Positions 29,941-44,206 of a DNA stretch of 64,000 bases are shown here, in pieces. How positions within the stretch are numbered: the first letter of the stretch is position 1; every line of letters starts with the position of its first letter. This DNA is from Eledone cirrhosa (lineage: Eukaryota). The notes beneath the pieces are model-generated. The model did not search any database, was not told the DNA's origin, and was given only the letters and a program-made list of their open reading frames with translations. The stretch spans positions 124,682,001-124,746,000 of the forward strand of contig OZ024745.1 of the NCBI GenBank assembly GCA_964016885.1, given 5' to 3'. Made by a program: the position numbers and the translations under genes.

Positions 29941-30242
29941 TCATCCATTATTTTCACTCATCTTTGCCATCGTCTCCTCCCCTTTTTTCTTCTCATCCTT
30001 ATCATCACTATAATCTCCGTTGCAATAATGTTTGTTTTTGTACTTTAATCCGTCGATTTAGTGGTGTTGCTGTTGCTGATGATGATAATTATGACGATGT
30101 GATAAGAATTACTGTTGTGATGCTGCTGATGATATTGCTAGTTGTGAAGAAGTAAATGAATCAACTATGACGCATTTCCATGGCCAAAGACATTTTCTAA
30201 GATAAGACCAAATAATTCAAGATAACAGTGTGTCATTGAAAT

Positions 30243-30458
30243 GAACAATCGACTTTCGTCAAATCGGACCGAGGGAACAATGTTTCCATTGGTCGTTCCA
30301 ATTGCTAATACTATCTAGCGGGCGCAACTCCAGGTAGTAGGAGCAACGTGAAATAAAGTATCTTGCTCAAAGACATAACTCATCACCCGGTCCGAGAATC
30401 GAACTCACAACCTCACGATTGCGAATCCAATTCTCTAACCACTCAGCCCCACGCCTTC
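30243..30458 (-). mobile_element. tRNA-derived SINE, family B
   Basis: Matches 50129-50345; B-box GAGTTCGATTC on the minus strand. Confidence 0.85.
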
Positions 30459-30982
30459 ACTAAGTGTACCATTTTGATTTTAAATAGATCGATTAGATAT
30501 ATAAGTTATGTTTATGTATGCTTTTATAAGACTGGAATAAATGCATAAGGAATGTCTCTCGAATTTATAGTTAAATATATATTTACATAAATATGGAAGC
30601 TAAATTTATTGGAGCGCAGCTTTAAATGAATTGTCCTACTCTAAGGTCATACAACTCCCCCTAACACATACACACTCGTACACATATGCATTATTATTTA
30701 CAGAGATGGGCTTGGTGATATCTATAAGAATGGCTTTAAAGGTAGCAATGGGACGTCGGTCTTGCTTCTGAATTCTTGGCCCTCGTTGGCCATCTGTAGA
30801 TGTTGTCCGAATCTATGCCTTGAAATGCAAGTTACTTTGATAAATGTCCCATGTATGAATTATGATATATATATATATAAGTTAAAAAAATGAAATAAAA
30901 ATTCACGTCAATAGAAATATACTTCACTGGTTTACTATCGCTTCTAGGTGATTAACCGTGGATAGTTCTGTGTGTGTGTGTG

Positions 30983-31080
<98 letters not shown>

Positions 31081-31378
31081 AATTAAATAAAAATGGCGTA
31101 GGCATTACAATACAACGGGAGGAAACATAATAGTGCCATGGATGATGTCACAGATGACGAAATAACTTTTATACACTATATATATAAATTTATATCTGTA
31201 TTTTTACATTGGTCAACATTGGTCAACGTTGGTCAATCAATGATAATCATTGATTGCCAGATAAATTAACTATGGAGATATAAAATATACAGAATCGAAA
31301 ACCAAACCAAACCAAAGAGTTAGTGTGTTCTGTTATTATTTCTGGCAATATTATAACAGTATGACCCTCCACAAATAT

Positions 31379-31472
<94 letters not shown>

Positions 31473-31473
<1 letters not shown>

Positions 31474-31665
31474 GGAACAAGTAAGACCCCGACGGCTGAG
31501 CTCAAGCCGTTTCGACGGCTAATTCAGTCCAGAATTAGCCGTCGAGACGGCTTGAGCTCAGCCGTCGTGGTCTTACTTATTCCTATTACCCAGTCTACTA
31601 CCCTAAGTATTGAGTACTTTGGTGCGTTATGGTCCACTTGGTTCCTTACCACATTTCCTTCGTTA
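31473..31665 (+). mobile_element. Palindromic TA-embedded element (about 115-bp hairpin plus about 80-bp unique tail)
   Basis: ggaacaagtaagaccccgacggctgagctcaagccgtttcgacggctaattc / reverse complement, then tattaccc..ccttcgtta. Confidence 0.85.
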
Positions 31666-31701
31666 TATATATATATATATATATACTGGGTACTGCTGCT
31701 A

Positions 31702-31748
<47 letters not shown>

Positions 31749-31749
<1 letters not shown>

Positions 31750-32730
31750 TAGCAGCAGTACCCAGCGTTGCCTGGTTAGATAAAATAATATCTGCTTTGA
31801 TGAAAAGGTCTTGATCTTAGCGACTGCTTCTCGATGACTCATCTATGGCCACACACAGGCCATGCGGGGGGGGGGGGGGGGTGATGACGTCTATCACTGA
31901 GAAACGCGGGTGACTGACGAAGGGGCATGCTGGGGGAGGGAGGTAATGACCTCTAGCACTAAGCCAAATTTCCTACTTGATTGGATACCTACTTGATTGG
32001 ATACCGATGAATTCTCAAATACACAACTAAAAGCCCAGACAACGTCACTGGCCATCGTTTTGCCTTTGACCATCTGTAAGATGTGCTATGATAGGTTCTA
32101 TGGTAGTATACAAGTTGAACCAAATAAATTGATTTATGTGTGAGGTGGAGCCGAAGTTTCGAATTTGAACGAAATGGGTTGAGAAAGGTGGGAGCTAATG
32201 ATAGGTTCTATCGTAGTATAAAAGTTGAACCAAATAAATTGATTTAGACGTGAAATAATCATATCTGGCGTAGCGTAAAATTTGAACAAAGTAGGTTGAT
32301 TAATGTCGAAGCTAGAGCCGAAAAAGTGGAAATTTGAGTCTAAAAGTGGTATTTTTGAATATTTATGCGGCTGCCACGCCGTCCCTGAAAAACAAATGCA
32401 AAATATAAAGCCATTACAGGTATTGCAATGATAAATTCTATTTTGCTTTAAAATGTGAACGAAATCGGTGGCAAAATGTGGGAGCTTGAGCCAAAAATCT
32501 TATTTTTTGATACCTAAAAAAAGGTGACCCCCCCCCCCTCCTATCGATTTTTTTCTGCAGAATGACCCCGGAATAAAAAAAACGATACGCTGACATATAG
32601 AAAACACTCTCCGATGACTAATCTATGAGCCTCTAAAGTTTCATGAAAATCTGTCGTAGGCTCCTATAGGTAATACACAGACACACACACATACAGACAC
32701 ACACATACTTAATATTATATATATACAGAT
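31749..32730 (-). mobile_element. Non-autonomous Helitron
   Basis: Minus strand starts A|TC.., ends ccaggcaacgctgg hairpin + gtactgctgCTAG|T; internal subrepeats and CA/CAGA microsatellite. Confidence 0.75.
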
Positions 32731-32982
32731 AATATATATATATGCGTGCGTGTGTTTGTAAGTGTGGGTGCGTATGTATGTATGTGTGCGTCAATGTGGG
32801 AGGAATAAGTTAGTGTTTACCTAGAACATATGTACATAATAACCAACTAGTTTCAAAAGTAAGTCCAGGCATTGACTATGAAAGAAAACCTCAAATTAAC
32901 GACACATATTTTATCATTATATCTTCGTATTTGTGCTACTTTCAAATACAGAATTATAATGACAGATTATTATTAATTCACA

Positions 32983-33178
32983 AGGGCGGTGGATTGGCAG
33001 TACCGTTAGAGGGTTGGACGCTCTGCTTTGCAGCATGGAGTTACGGGCCTTTACGATCTGAGTTCAAATCCCGCCGAGGTTAACTTTGCCTTTCATCCTT
33101 ATGGTGTCGATAAAATAAAGTACCAGTAATACACTGGGATAATTGCTGGCCTTGTGCCAAAAGTAGAAATAATTATTA
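32983..33178 (+). mobile_element. SINE family A, full length
   Basis: Target site duplication ttattaattcacaag. Confidence 0.9.
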
Positions 33179-33933
33179 ATTCACAAGCTAATCTCCCTTA
33201 AATTAAATCTACCTTTGTCTTTGTGACTCTATTGGTTTGACTTGGTGTTTCGTTCATTTTCCTCCTAAATAGGTCATTCCATTGTCAGGAAATTGTGTCA
33301 TTTACTTGACGTGTATTATCAGAGACATCCATCTAAAATGATTGCTCTTATTGACTCATAAGAAGAAGAAAAATAGAACAATGGTAAAATAGTTTTAAAT
33401 AAGTCTACTAAGGGAGACTAGTAGTAAATAAGTCTATAACAATTTCCAAGTGAGCTGAACTCAAAATGAATAAGTAAAAAGAAAATGCCTACAACACAGG
33501 AATAAATAAATTTAAAAAAACATTGTTTGCTGCCACTAGCTACCTAAATAGATCATTTCATTTTCTTTTTGTATGTAGTATGGCTGAGTCGGTAGAAAGC
33601 CGGATAGAATGCCTTGTCTTATTCCTTCCGGCTCTGAGTTCAAATCCCGTTGAGGTTAACTTTGCTTTTCATCCTTTCGAGGTTGATGAAAAACATACCA
33701 GTCAACTACGAGGGTAGATTCTTATTCTATGTCTGTTTCCCACTTCCTTTCTCTCATTCTTACTCCTATCTTGAAAGAATGGCTGTATTCAGAGCTGGAG
33801 AGGGATGGGCTTTGCCATTTTAATATACCCTCGATACGCTGTATGCTAATATGGGGCCCCAACGAATCCTTCAACAGTTACGCGACCATGTATGCATGCA
33901 TTGTTGAATGCTTAAGAATTTCGCTTCAGAATC

Positions 33934-34118
33934 ATAATTGTTTCTACTTTTGGCACAAGGCCAGCAATTATCTCAGTTTATTACTGGTACTTTATTTTAT
34001 CGAGCCCGTAAGGATAAAAGGCAAAGTTAACCTCGGCGGGATTTGAACTCAGATCGTAAAGGGACGTAACTATGCTGGAAAGCATGTCCGACCCTCCACC
34101 GATACTGCCAATTCACCG
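33934..34118 (-). mobile_element. SINE family A, full length
   Basis: Target site duplication cgcttcagaatcataat. Confidence 0.9.
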
Positions 34119-34962
34119 CTTCAGAATCATAATGTCACATATTCAGTGCTATTGTTTGATTTATTGAGCAAGTACAATTTACCAAACCCTCGGATTGCCA
34201 TCAGATTTATGAGATAAAGGGATTAGATGGATACTGTTTGTAAGTACATCATATGAACTGTGTTAGAAATAGATTAACCTAGTCATACTCTACATCCTAA
34301 TGAATCACTCTGAGTATTGCATTGACGAGAGACGTGTTGTGAAATGTTCTGCCAGTTGCAAGATACTCTCACTTGTCTGCCCTTTTGTGGATCAAATAAA
34401 TCGAACACTCGATCTTCTTACAGCTAAATGACGGTCACTGTTAAGTGTAATTTATTTTGGCAATATCCATGCAGATACATGATGCTACATTTTGACAATG
34501 CAGCATTAATGACATAATTACAATTGCTGACACAACAGTTAATTATCAAGTATTCTAATGACTAGAAGGTATATGGTATGTTGTTACACATATATATTGA
34601 ATCTGGAGCGTATTTCCTCATTAATTTAATTGTATATTCATTATAATTATACTTGCTTTTCTTCGGCTAAAAATGTTCATGTTTTTCCCTTAACTAATCT
34701 TTGAATTCTTCTTCTTTTAGACTTTTTCAGTCTTTTATCCTAATATATCTATTACAAATATCGCCAAACAAACGTCTGGCAATTCCATAGTGATGACTTG
34801 TTTAATATGCTTACTGTCTAATTCATTACAGACAGAGTGCGGAAATCAAAGAATGAACTATTGTTCAAAGTTTCTTCTTTCTATTGCAGCCACCCCCACC
34901 CCCATATATATGTATATATATGTATGTATATATTTATATATATATATATATATATACATATA

Positions 34963-34997
<35 letters not shown>

Positions 34998-34999
34998 AC

Positions 35000-35119
<120 letters not shown>

Positions 35120-35264
35120 ATATATATATAAAAGTGGATGAATACTTCAACAGGCACTATGTACTTGTATTGTAGAAATATGCAAGGTGTTTATAATATT
35201 TGTGGTTATTTAAATCGTTTTTTAATTTATTTAGAGAATTGTTTGATAACCGCTTGCTCCGCTA

Positions 35265-35303
<39 letters not shown>

Positions 35304-35305
<2 letters not shown>

Positions 35306-35487
35306 CAAAGAAAGTGTGGTAAGGAACGAGGTGGACCATAACGCACCAGATTATTCGATACTTAGGGTAGTAGAGTGGGTAATAGAAAAACTGTCTGGAC
35401 CCCGACGGCTGAGCTCCGTCCGTTTCGACAGCTAGATCGAAACTGTCGAAACGGCCGGAGCTCAGCCGTCGGGATCCAGACTCTTTT

Positions 35488-35490
<3 letters not shown>
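35304..35490 (-). mobile_element. Palindromic TA-embedded element, subfamily 2
   Basis: gagctccg/cggagctc arms, gacagctagatc centre, same tail. Confidence 0.85.
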
Positions 35491-35584
<94 letters not shown>

Positions 35585-37754
35585 GTGTGTGTGTGCGTGT
35601 AAGTATATTTGCATTTATGGATGTATTCTTGTCTACTGCGAAAATAAATGTTATATACTCTCTTTAAACATAAATGCTTCTGTTATAATTCCTATTTATT
35701 TAGAAATATTTATTACTTGTTTTAATATTTATATTGAAAAAGGGTGGTGAAATGTCAGAATGGGTAGGGCATTATTTATTCTGACTCTTCACATTCTCAG
35801 TGCTCTTCCCGCTAAGGTCAATTCTATATATCGTCCTTCCAGGGTCGATAAAATACATTAAGAGTTAATTATTTTAGTCGATACAATGAAATTTGCACTT
35901 CTCTCAAACTTGCTGAGCTGGAAACTATTTTAGAAAGAAATATTTACATCAAACATGTAGAAGCAATGTCTATAAGTATTTTAATGAGATATGGCGTAAG
36001 CCATAATTAAAATATATATAGCGGAACAAGATTTCGTCTTTATATAAATTATACAGTGTTAACTTCACACGTGATATAATAGAACCGGTCTTCATACGTC
36101 ATTGTTCTTAAATGCTTTTTCAGCAATATACAGAGACCCAAGTAAATAATGGCACCATTCCATTGTTAAATAACTTTAATTGTAAATGTCTCTATAAACA
36201 ATAACTGACCTGAAAATCAGGGGTTTAGAGTCTCTAGAAAGATACTTCCCTGATAGTCAGATTCATATTATTTATTGAGGGTGGTGGATTGGCAAAATGG
36301 TTAGAGCATCGGACAAACATTTTGGGGGCATGTAGTTTCGGTCATTTACATTCTGTGTTCAAACCCGTCGAGGCTCACTTTACCATTCACCCTTTAAGGC
36401 CGATAAATTAACATACCAGTCACATACTGGGGTCATTATATTCAAATTTTCCCTCCCTATGAATATGAAATAAAATGTCTGCAGTCTATTCAAAAGTCAA
36501 ATTGTATGAGATATTCGTATCTATGCAACTAATTTGCCTCTATTTCAAAACGAAACGACTATATACCTAAACATAAATATAATTCTCATTAAAAAATCAA
36601 ATAAAAACACAAAAAAAGAAACCAAATTTTTTAGTAAATCAAATTCCCAAAGGAATACTTTACTAACTATACAATATTTCCATATTTTGTGATGTTTAAG
36701 AATATCATATAAAGAAGATTTATCACTGAAGAAATATAATCGAACTCGCATATCAAGATTCTACATAACATTAAAAGTTTCAAAATGTTATTAGGTTATT
36801 CAAATACTTCTTTAATTGACAAATGAGAATTGATAATAATAAACGTATGAAAGAGAATATTCAAACAACTTAATAACTAATTGTGAGAAAGATTCCTCTT
36901 GAAACTGAAATATTTGTAGATAGAAGATGTATAAATTTCAAGATTAATCACTTCCTTAAACTATGAAATGGAGACTTGTTACCTGGTTTCCTCATTAAAG
37001 TTTGAAAAGCTTCTTAAGCTGTCATTTCTTCCTGTCCATTTTAGTATCTTATTTTCTCATTAGAGTAATCTAATTCTCTCGTAACTATTGCTAATGCCAA
37101 TCCATTTTATAGCCAACGTTTCACAATTAAACAGCTCAACACTTTTATATTGTGGCTTAGTTTTTCTTAATCAAAAGGAGACATCGATGTGTTATGGGTA
37201 AATGTATTTTCCTCCAACTTTTGTCTTCAGCACAGTTGATATATAAATAAAAGAATAAACACACATTCTAGACTATTTCTATCTATTGGATAGCATATTA
37301 ACAGACTCAAGTAACAATTCATTGTAAGATAGATACATATTTCATTTCGTGCGATGTTCATTTGAATTTGCATATTGTATGTAAACAACCTTCTTTCATA
37401 TTTCTTAAACATTACTGGTCCATTTCCAAGAGCAAACATCTGAGATTGTGCTACACCAAACTGAACATTACAAAATACCATAGTTTTATTCCAAACTGAA
37501 TATTCCATATTCTAGGCACTAAATTAATCCTTTCTATCAAACTACGAAAGACTAAACAGTTTATAGTCTCCGTAGATTCTACTAAGAGAAGTTCTATTTA
37601 TATGTATTTCAAGAAACGTGATTTTAGATAATTCTAGACCACCCGTGACACCTTTAAAAAAATCATGTTCACTTAAAAATAATTTTTTAAATAATTAAAA
37701 TACTCACATACATGTATTTAATGTGAAATGAAACTGGAACGCCCATATATATAC

Positions 37755-37864
<110 letters not shown>

Positions 37865-37870
37865 AAACTC

Positions 37871-38000
37871 ATTATTTTACGATCGTTTCTGGCGGGGTAG
37901 TTCCCTGTATGTTCATTCAATTATTGATCTATGTCAAACATATTACAAAATATCATAGTATGAAAACAATTCTTCACTACCCGCCGTCTTCAGAAATAAT
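37871..38000 (-). ncRNA. Type I hammerhead ribozyme with long stem II
   Basis: attattt CTGAAGA cggcgggtag...ctaccccgcca GAAA cgatcg TA aaataat. Confidence 0.8.
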
Positions 38001-38019
38001 TATTTTTTATCCAAAACAT

Positions 38020-38087
38020 CTCCGTCTGATGACCGATCCAGACGTATATTGTTATTGTCTGGCATCCAAAAACCTTTGGTAATGGAG
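38020..38087 (+). ncRNA. Type I hammerhead motif (GAAA changed to AAAA)
   Basis: ctccgt CTGATGA ccgatccagac..gtctggcatcca AAAA cctttgg TA atggag. Confidence 0.7.
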
Positions 38088-38139
38088 TAGTTATATTATG
38101 TGTTGTTCACTTTCTAATTAAATTGAAAATATATATATA

Positions 38140-38290
38140 TAACAAAAGAAGGAAGGTGTGGTAAGATAACAGGTGCACCATAACCCACCAGAATAATCGA
38201 TACTTAAGGTAGTTGAGTGGGTAATAGGGAACTGCTCGGATCTAGCTGTCGAAATGGCCGGAGGACAGTCGTTGGGGTCTTGACTCTTTT

Positions 38291-38295
<5 letters not shown>
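38140..38295 (-). mobile_element. Palindromic element with one arm deleted
   Basis: Tail plus ggatctagctgtcgaaatggccgg..ggggtc. Confidence 0.75.
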
Positions 38296-38373
<78 letters not shown>

Positions 38374-38624
38374 CACACAGTCACATAAACTTATATATAT
38401 ATATATACATGCATCTGTATGCGACATTAAATACACGTTTAAAGCAACGAAATTTTGTAGTGTAAACATTTTACCATATAGGGATGTAGTTTCATCTTAC
38501 ATCGTTCTGTTAGGCTGATTTCCATATCACTCTCCCTGCTTAAACTCCAGTGCTGTTTCAATAATGAAAAAAAGTTTAACTTGACCTGATACTGTTTGTC
38601 ATTTTACATGCCGTTATTATAGTT

Positions 38625-39380
38625 GTTGGAATGTTGCCAGGCACTCACTTCCCTCTACCAGGCGGGCAAAGCGGTCAGTGGAACTTCCACTCACGAGTTC
38701 TATAGAGGATTAGTGGTGGGCAAGTGGGACGATGAACTCGTAAAGGCTCTGGGCGTTGACCAAGTCGAACTGACCAGTCTGTTCCGGAACACTTTTGAGC
38801 CGGGGAAAGATGGGTTACTTCCAGAAATTCCTCTCAGGGCAGTGCTACTGGGGCGTACTGCCGGTTCGAGACAAACTCTACAGGCACGGAAGTGCAGTCA
38901 GACAGACCTGCTCGAGATGCGCACAGAGTGAACGTACTCGTCTAATGTCCGTGCATTACTGACTTCTGGAGTTATATCGAACAGTTGTTGTCGAGTGTAG
39001 AACGGATCTGGCTATCGGCCGAGTCCATAGTGAAGATCGATCCACCACCTTCTTTTGGCCAGGAAAGGCAGGCAATATTCCTCTGTCTGGTGGGAGTTGC
39101 AAAAGAGGTTTTCTCCTCGGCCAATACCTCATCAACTTCTTCAAGTTTCACCAGGAAAAGAAGGTGAGGGTGGAGAGAGAAGTGCTGCCCCAGTACATTT
39201 TCTAAAAGGTGGATGAATGAGCCGAGGATGGCCCATGTGGGTAGGCCTATTCTGACCATGCACCTGTAAGTTGGTTAATTTGAGAAGGAGAGGGGGTGCC
39301 CTTGACGCGTCGGGTGGTTCAAGATGGGTGGGGTACCTGTGTCGCACCTGGGTTTCCACCCCACAATGGGGGAATTTATT
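38625..39380 (+). pseudogene. 3' fragment of a Tx1-clade LINE
   Basis: STHEFYRGLVVGKWDD and ERIWLSAESIVKI homologous to 62750-63555. Confidence 0.85.
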
Positions 39381-40134
39381 TTATGTTTATACATAGTTTA
39401 TTTTATATATTTTGGTTTACTTATGCTTAAAATGCATATCTATTAAATTATTATCAAATCAAATGTGAAACGATTCATATATTCATATAGAACAAACAAA
39501 TACACGATTAAATTAGGTTCAGCGTACTTTTGATTATTAGTTCATTTACTTTCATACAGCAAATATAGGATGTGTATATTCGACATTTCCTCTAGTGTTG
39601 GAATCGTAATGTTTTCTACAGAAAACATTAATTAATGTACGGAGTATAAGCACAATAAATTAATTATATGATGGTATCTAATTAGTGAAAAACTGATTGA
39701 TGCCATTGTTCCTCGATTAATTGATAGTTTTAACAAATTAAACCCAAACAAGAAAAATCATTTCTGAATACAATTTGATTTTTATATATACTTAAATAAT
39801 TGTGCAAGCATACCGATAGACATATGTACATATTATACATATCATGACAAACATATGCATGGACTTAGACTTAAGCACACTCAGACATAGACACGTTAAA
39901 ATAAATAATATATTAATCGGTTGTATAATCGAGAGAATCAATATTCAACGAAGTAAACAATACTATTTATTGATTAATGTTTATATACATATATACGGAT
40001 ATTAGATTTTTATATGATATTGTTGCACGCACGCCCACTCACACACACGCACACACGTTCGCAAACACGTACACACACACACGCACGCATGCACATACAC
40101 ACACACATGCGCACACACATATATATATATATAT

Positions 40135-40200
<66 letters not shown>

Positions 40201-40281
40201 GCACATATATATATAGGTGCCTGGATTCAATCGGGGGTAACCACAGTAAGTAAGGTACCCAACATATATATATATATATAG

Positions 40282-40321
<40 letters not shown>

Positions 40322-40324
<3 letters not shown>

Positions 40325-40522
40325 AACGAGTAGGACCCCGACGGCTGATCTCAAGCCATTTCGACGGCTAATTCTGGACTTCTGGAGTCCAGAATTAGCC
40401 GTCGAAACGGCTTCAGCTCAGCCGTCGGGGTCCTACTCGTTCCTATTACCCACTCTACTACCCTAAGTATTGAGTACTTTGGTGCGTTATGGTCCATCTG
40501 GTTCCTTACCACATTCCCTTCG

Positions 40523-40525
<3 letters not shown>
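40322..40525 (+). mobile_element. Palindromic TA-embedded element
   Basis: Arms ggaacgagtaggacccc/ggggtcctactcgttcc with a longer centre. Confidence 0.85.
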
Positions 40526-40603
<78 letters not shown>

Positions 40604-40724
40604 TATATTATAATAATATTACATTTGAAGACTTTGTTTCAGAAGATCACGTTAAGGGTGAAAGCAGCGATTCTTTGCTTAAACTTTAATCTGTTATTTT
40701 AATATATATCTGGCTTTACTGTAG

Positions 40725-41228
40725 CTCACCGGCTCAGAGCAGGAGAGTTAAGGCGAAAAAGGTATCAGATGCTGAATTTGCCGACGACATAGTTTTGGTG
40801 ACAAATACAGTGAAGGAGGCAGAGGATTTGATGCGGGAGGTTGAGACTGTGTCGATGAGTGTGGGGCTGAGAATGAATGAGACTAAAACAAAATATCTGA
40901 TAGAGAATGTTGAGAAGCCAGAGGGGATCACTAATGTAGGCGGGAAGCCCCTAGAATTGGTTGAGGGCTTCCTGTATTTGGGAGCAAAGATTGGGAATAC
41001 GGAAGATGATGTGGTTGATAGGAAGAGCAAAGCCTTGGCGGCGTGCCACAGCTTGAGATCGGTGTGGAAGTCGGACCTTCGTAAAGACCTAAAAATCCGC
41101 CTCTTCATTGCTGTAGAGGAGTCTGTGCTGCTGTACGGGTCAGAGACTTGGACACTGACCAAGAAACTCACTCAGATGGTGGATGGGTGCTACACGAGAA
41201 TGCTGAGGATGGCTCTGAACATTAATCA
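40725..41228 (+). pseudogene. RTE-clade RT fragment
   Basis: EFADDIVL..VGLRMNETKTK..FLYLG..SVLLYGSETWTL. Confidence 0.9.
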
Positions 41229-41342
41229 ATATATATATATCAGTTAAATCGGAAAGTAAGCGATGCACTTACATGAAGATAGAAACTGTTTCGAGCAGGC
41301 AGGCATGAAATAGTACCAGTTACCATTATTAAATAATAGGTA

Positions 41343-41537
41343 GGGCGGTGGATTGGCAGTATCGGTAGAGGGTCGGACGCCATGCTTTGCTGCAAAGATT
41401 TTCGGCCCTTTATGATCTGAGTTGAAATCCCGCCGAGGTTAACTTTGCCTTTCATCCTTACGGGGTCGATAAAATAAATTACCAGTAATGCACTGGGATA
41501 ATTGCTGGCCTTGTGCCAAATGTAGAAGCAATTATTA
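41343..41537 (+). mobile_element. SINE family A, full length
   Basis: Target site duplication attattaaataatagg. Confidence 0.9.
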
Positions 41538-42059
41538 AATAATAGGCACCATAAAGACACCAGACCCATCCTCATTAGAGTGTGTCTTAATAAACAGGCA
41601 TAGTTACGCCATCGGCCAATGCGCTTTTCCTCTGCTGTTGACTGACAATATTGGTAGAATGGGAAGACATTGATATTTGGTAAAGCTCACCTTCCATGTT
41701 CCTCTGGATGTTGGCTAAGAAGGATCTTTCGTGTGTATAGACCCTAATTTTGTGGTGGTAAACTCTCATTCTTTGTCATAACCTTAATTATTTTGGGGCA
41801 ATATAGTGTTCATGTCAACGCATTGGCGAAGAAATGTCTTTTATAGAAAAATTTAAGCCAATGCTGAACTCTTTGCATTTGTAAACTTTATTATCTGGTC
41901 AGACCAGAATTATATCCCTTGTCAAGGGTTCTGCCATTTCCCCGACATAGGAGGCAGATATAAAACCATTCCTCTACCTTGTTTTGACAAAAAAAAACAT
42001 AAGCAACAATAACATTGTGTTACATATATTTATATATATATATGTATATATGTATATAT

Positions 42060-42260
42060 GGAGGCCTTCCGAGTGGTCGTTTCCGCTCGCACGGGTACCA
42101 CTCGGCAACTGCGCGGATTCACCGATTATCGGTGAACAGGGCGACGTGTTCAGCCCATCTGAACTTGCTGCGCATATATTCCGTGATGATGTCCCTCAGG
42201 CCGGACTTCTGTCTGATGACTTCGCTCCTGGTGGAGTTACGATTTTAGGAATACGATTGG
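42060..42260 (-). pseudogene. RTE-clade C-terminal fragment
   Basis: Minus frame SKFRWAEHVARLTDNRWIRAVAEWYPCERKRPLGRPP. Confidence 0.8.
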
Positions 42261-43563
42261 GATACATGGATGAGGAAAGCACGATCCAGAGAGGAATGGA
42301 TGTCGTGTTGTGACCAGTGGCGCCGAATGGACGCCCGACAGACTGGTCGGTCAAAGTGATCAAAGTGATATATGGAGAGAGAAAGTGAGAGAGAGATAAA
42401 GAGAGAGCGGGGAGATGATGTGTGGGTGCATGTGCATGTATATGTGTGTGTGTAACTCTATGTGAACTGTAGATTATATATTATTGTTTACTTGACCGAG
42501 CACATTCGTCGGATCACGTGTCAACTCAACAAGATCTTTCTTTATAATGAGGTTGAAAATGTTCAAGAGATGGCATATGCAATATTGTATATCATTACTT
42601 CTTGAGATGGAGAAAACTTCCTTGTCCCACTCAAAAAACCAGAGACATATCTGCCCTCATATAAACTGCAACTTTGTCGATGTTCTCGCTTTATACACTA
42701 GTAGAAAGCATTAATGCTATTACTTTGTATCCGACTGTCTGAAGGGCTGCACATTTTAAAGTACCCCGTGGTGCCAGTCAGTAATACCATTGAATATTAA
42801 AGAAACAGTTCTGCTAGACTATCTAACTCCTAGCAGCATGAATCGGTAATACCGTTTCTTTTAGCCACATGCAATTAATTCAATTTTGCTCTAATTATAT
42901 ATTTCGGAAGTCGTATACAATCTATAATATAATTTACTAGATACTGGATTCATTTCCATTTCTTGTGTGAGGAACAATAATTATGCCGATGACCACATGC
43001 TCTATTTTCAAATATCACACATATATATCCTTCTTTATTGAAGGTGGTATTATATAATTCGAAGAAAGGTTAACTTCTATTTCTATCACATGTTCATCCC
43101 ATCTTCCTATTTCAGTAGATTACTTTTAACTTGATGTTATCTGTTTAGAAACCATATGTAATATCTAGATTCAGTAAATGACAGAAACCTTTTGTGTTTA
43201 TTCAATATTAGAAGCCATGTGAAAGCATTAAATAATCTCAACAGTTCAGAAAATTATCTGAACAAAAGAAATTCTGGTGATAATTAACACATTATTGTCA
43301 GGTGCATGATTCTCTGGTCAACGCGATAGAAGAGTGTAAATGGGCATGGAAGACGCGGGGTAATGATGATGATATAGGTATATGAGATGATGAAAATGAT
43401 GCTCAAACACATTGTCATCATCTTCATCATCAGGATAAAGATGAAGTTGGCATATCACTATGGTGATATGGTTGGTTGGAAATATTACGGTTTATGTTTG
43501 CAATAGCACAATCTGTGCAGAATAAATTTATTCTAGAACATTACCTGAACATATGTTATTACA

Positions 43564-44175
43564 TAATTGTTTCTACTTTAGGTACAAGGCCAGCAATTAC
43601 CCAGTACATTACTGGTACTTTATTTTATCGATCCCGTAAGGATGAAAGGCAAGGTTAACCTCGGCGGGATTTGAACTCAGACTGATAGAATGATGAATAA
43701 AAGATAACGTGAACAGCCCCTTGCGTTGATCCAGCCTCAACGTCGAACACAGTATTACAATTAATGTTAATACAATATGTTAATACTCATAGGATTCTGA
43801 TAAAACCTTTCAATTCTTGAATCAAATAATATTTTCAGGATTATCAGCAAGGTCATTTTCAATATATATATTTAATAATGTATTAGGTTAAAAGTTTATA
43901 AGCCACGTTACTGGATGCAATCAAAACCGAAACTATTATTTGTATGTAAATTATGTTATTCAGTCTTATTTCAAAGTAACTTTAGTTGCCATATGTGTGA
44001 CAATATAATAATTGTTTCTACTTTAGGCACAAGGCCAGCAATTACCCAGTGCATTACTGGTACTTTTATTTTATCGACCCCGTAAGGATGAAAGGCAAAG
44101 TCAACCTCGGCGGGATTTGAACTCAGATCGTAAAGGGACGTAACGACCCTCTACCGATACTGCCAATCCACCGCC
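43564..44175 (-). mobile_element. Two SINE family A copies (43564-43681, 44008-44175)
   Basis: Family consensus match. Confidence 0.85.
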
Positions 44176-44206
44176 TATATATATATATATATGTATATAT
44201 ATTTAT

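Noticed and set aside
29549-30048. Poly-Asp/His/Met ORFs
   Set aside because: (CAT)n microsatellite
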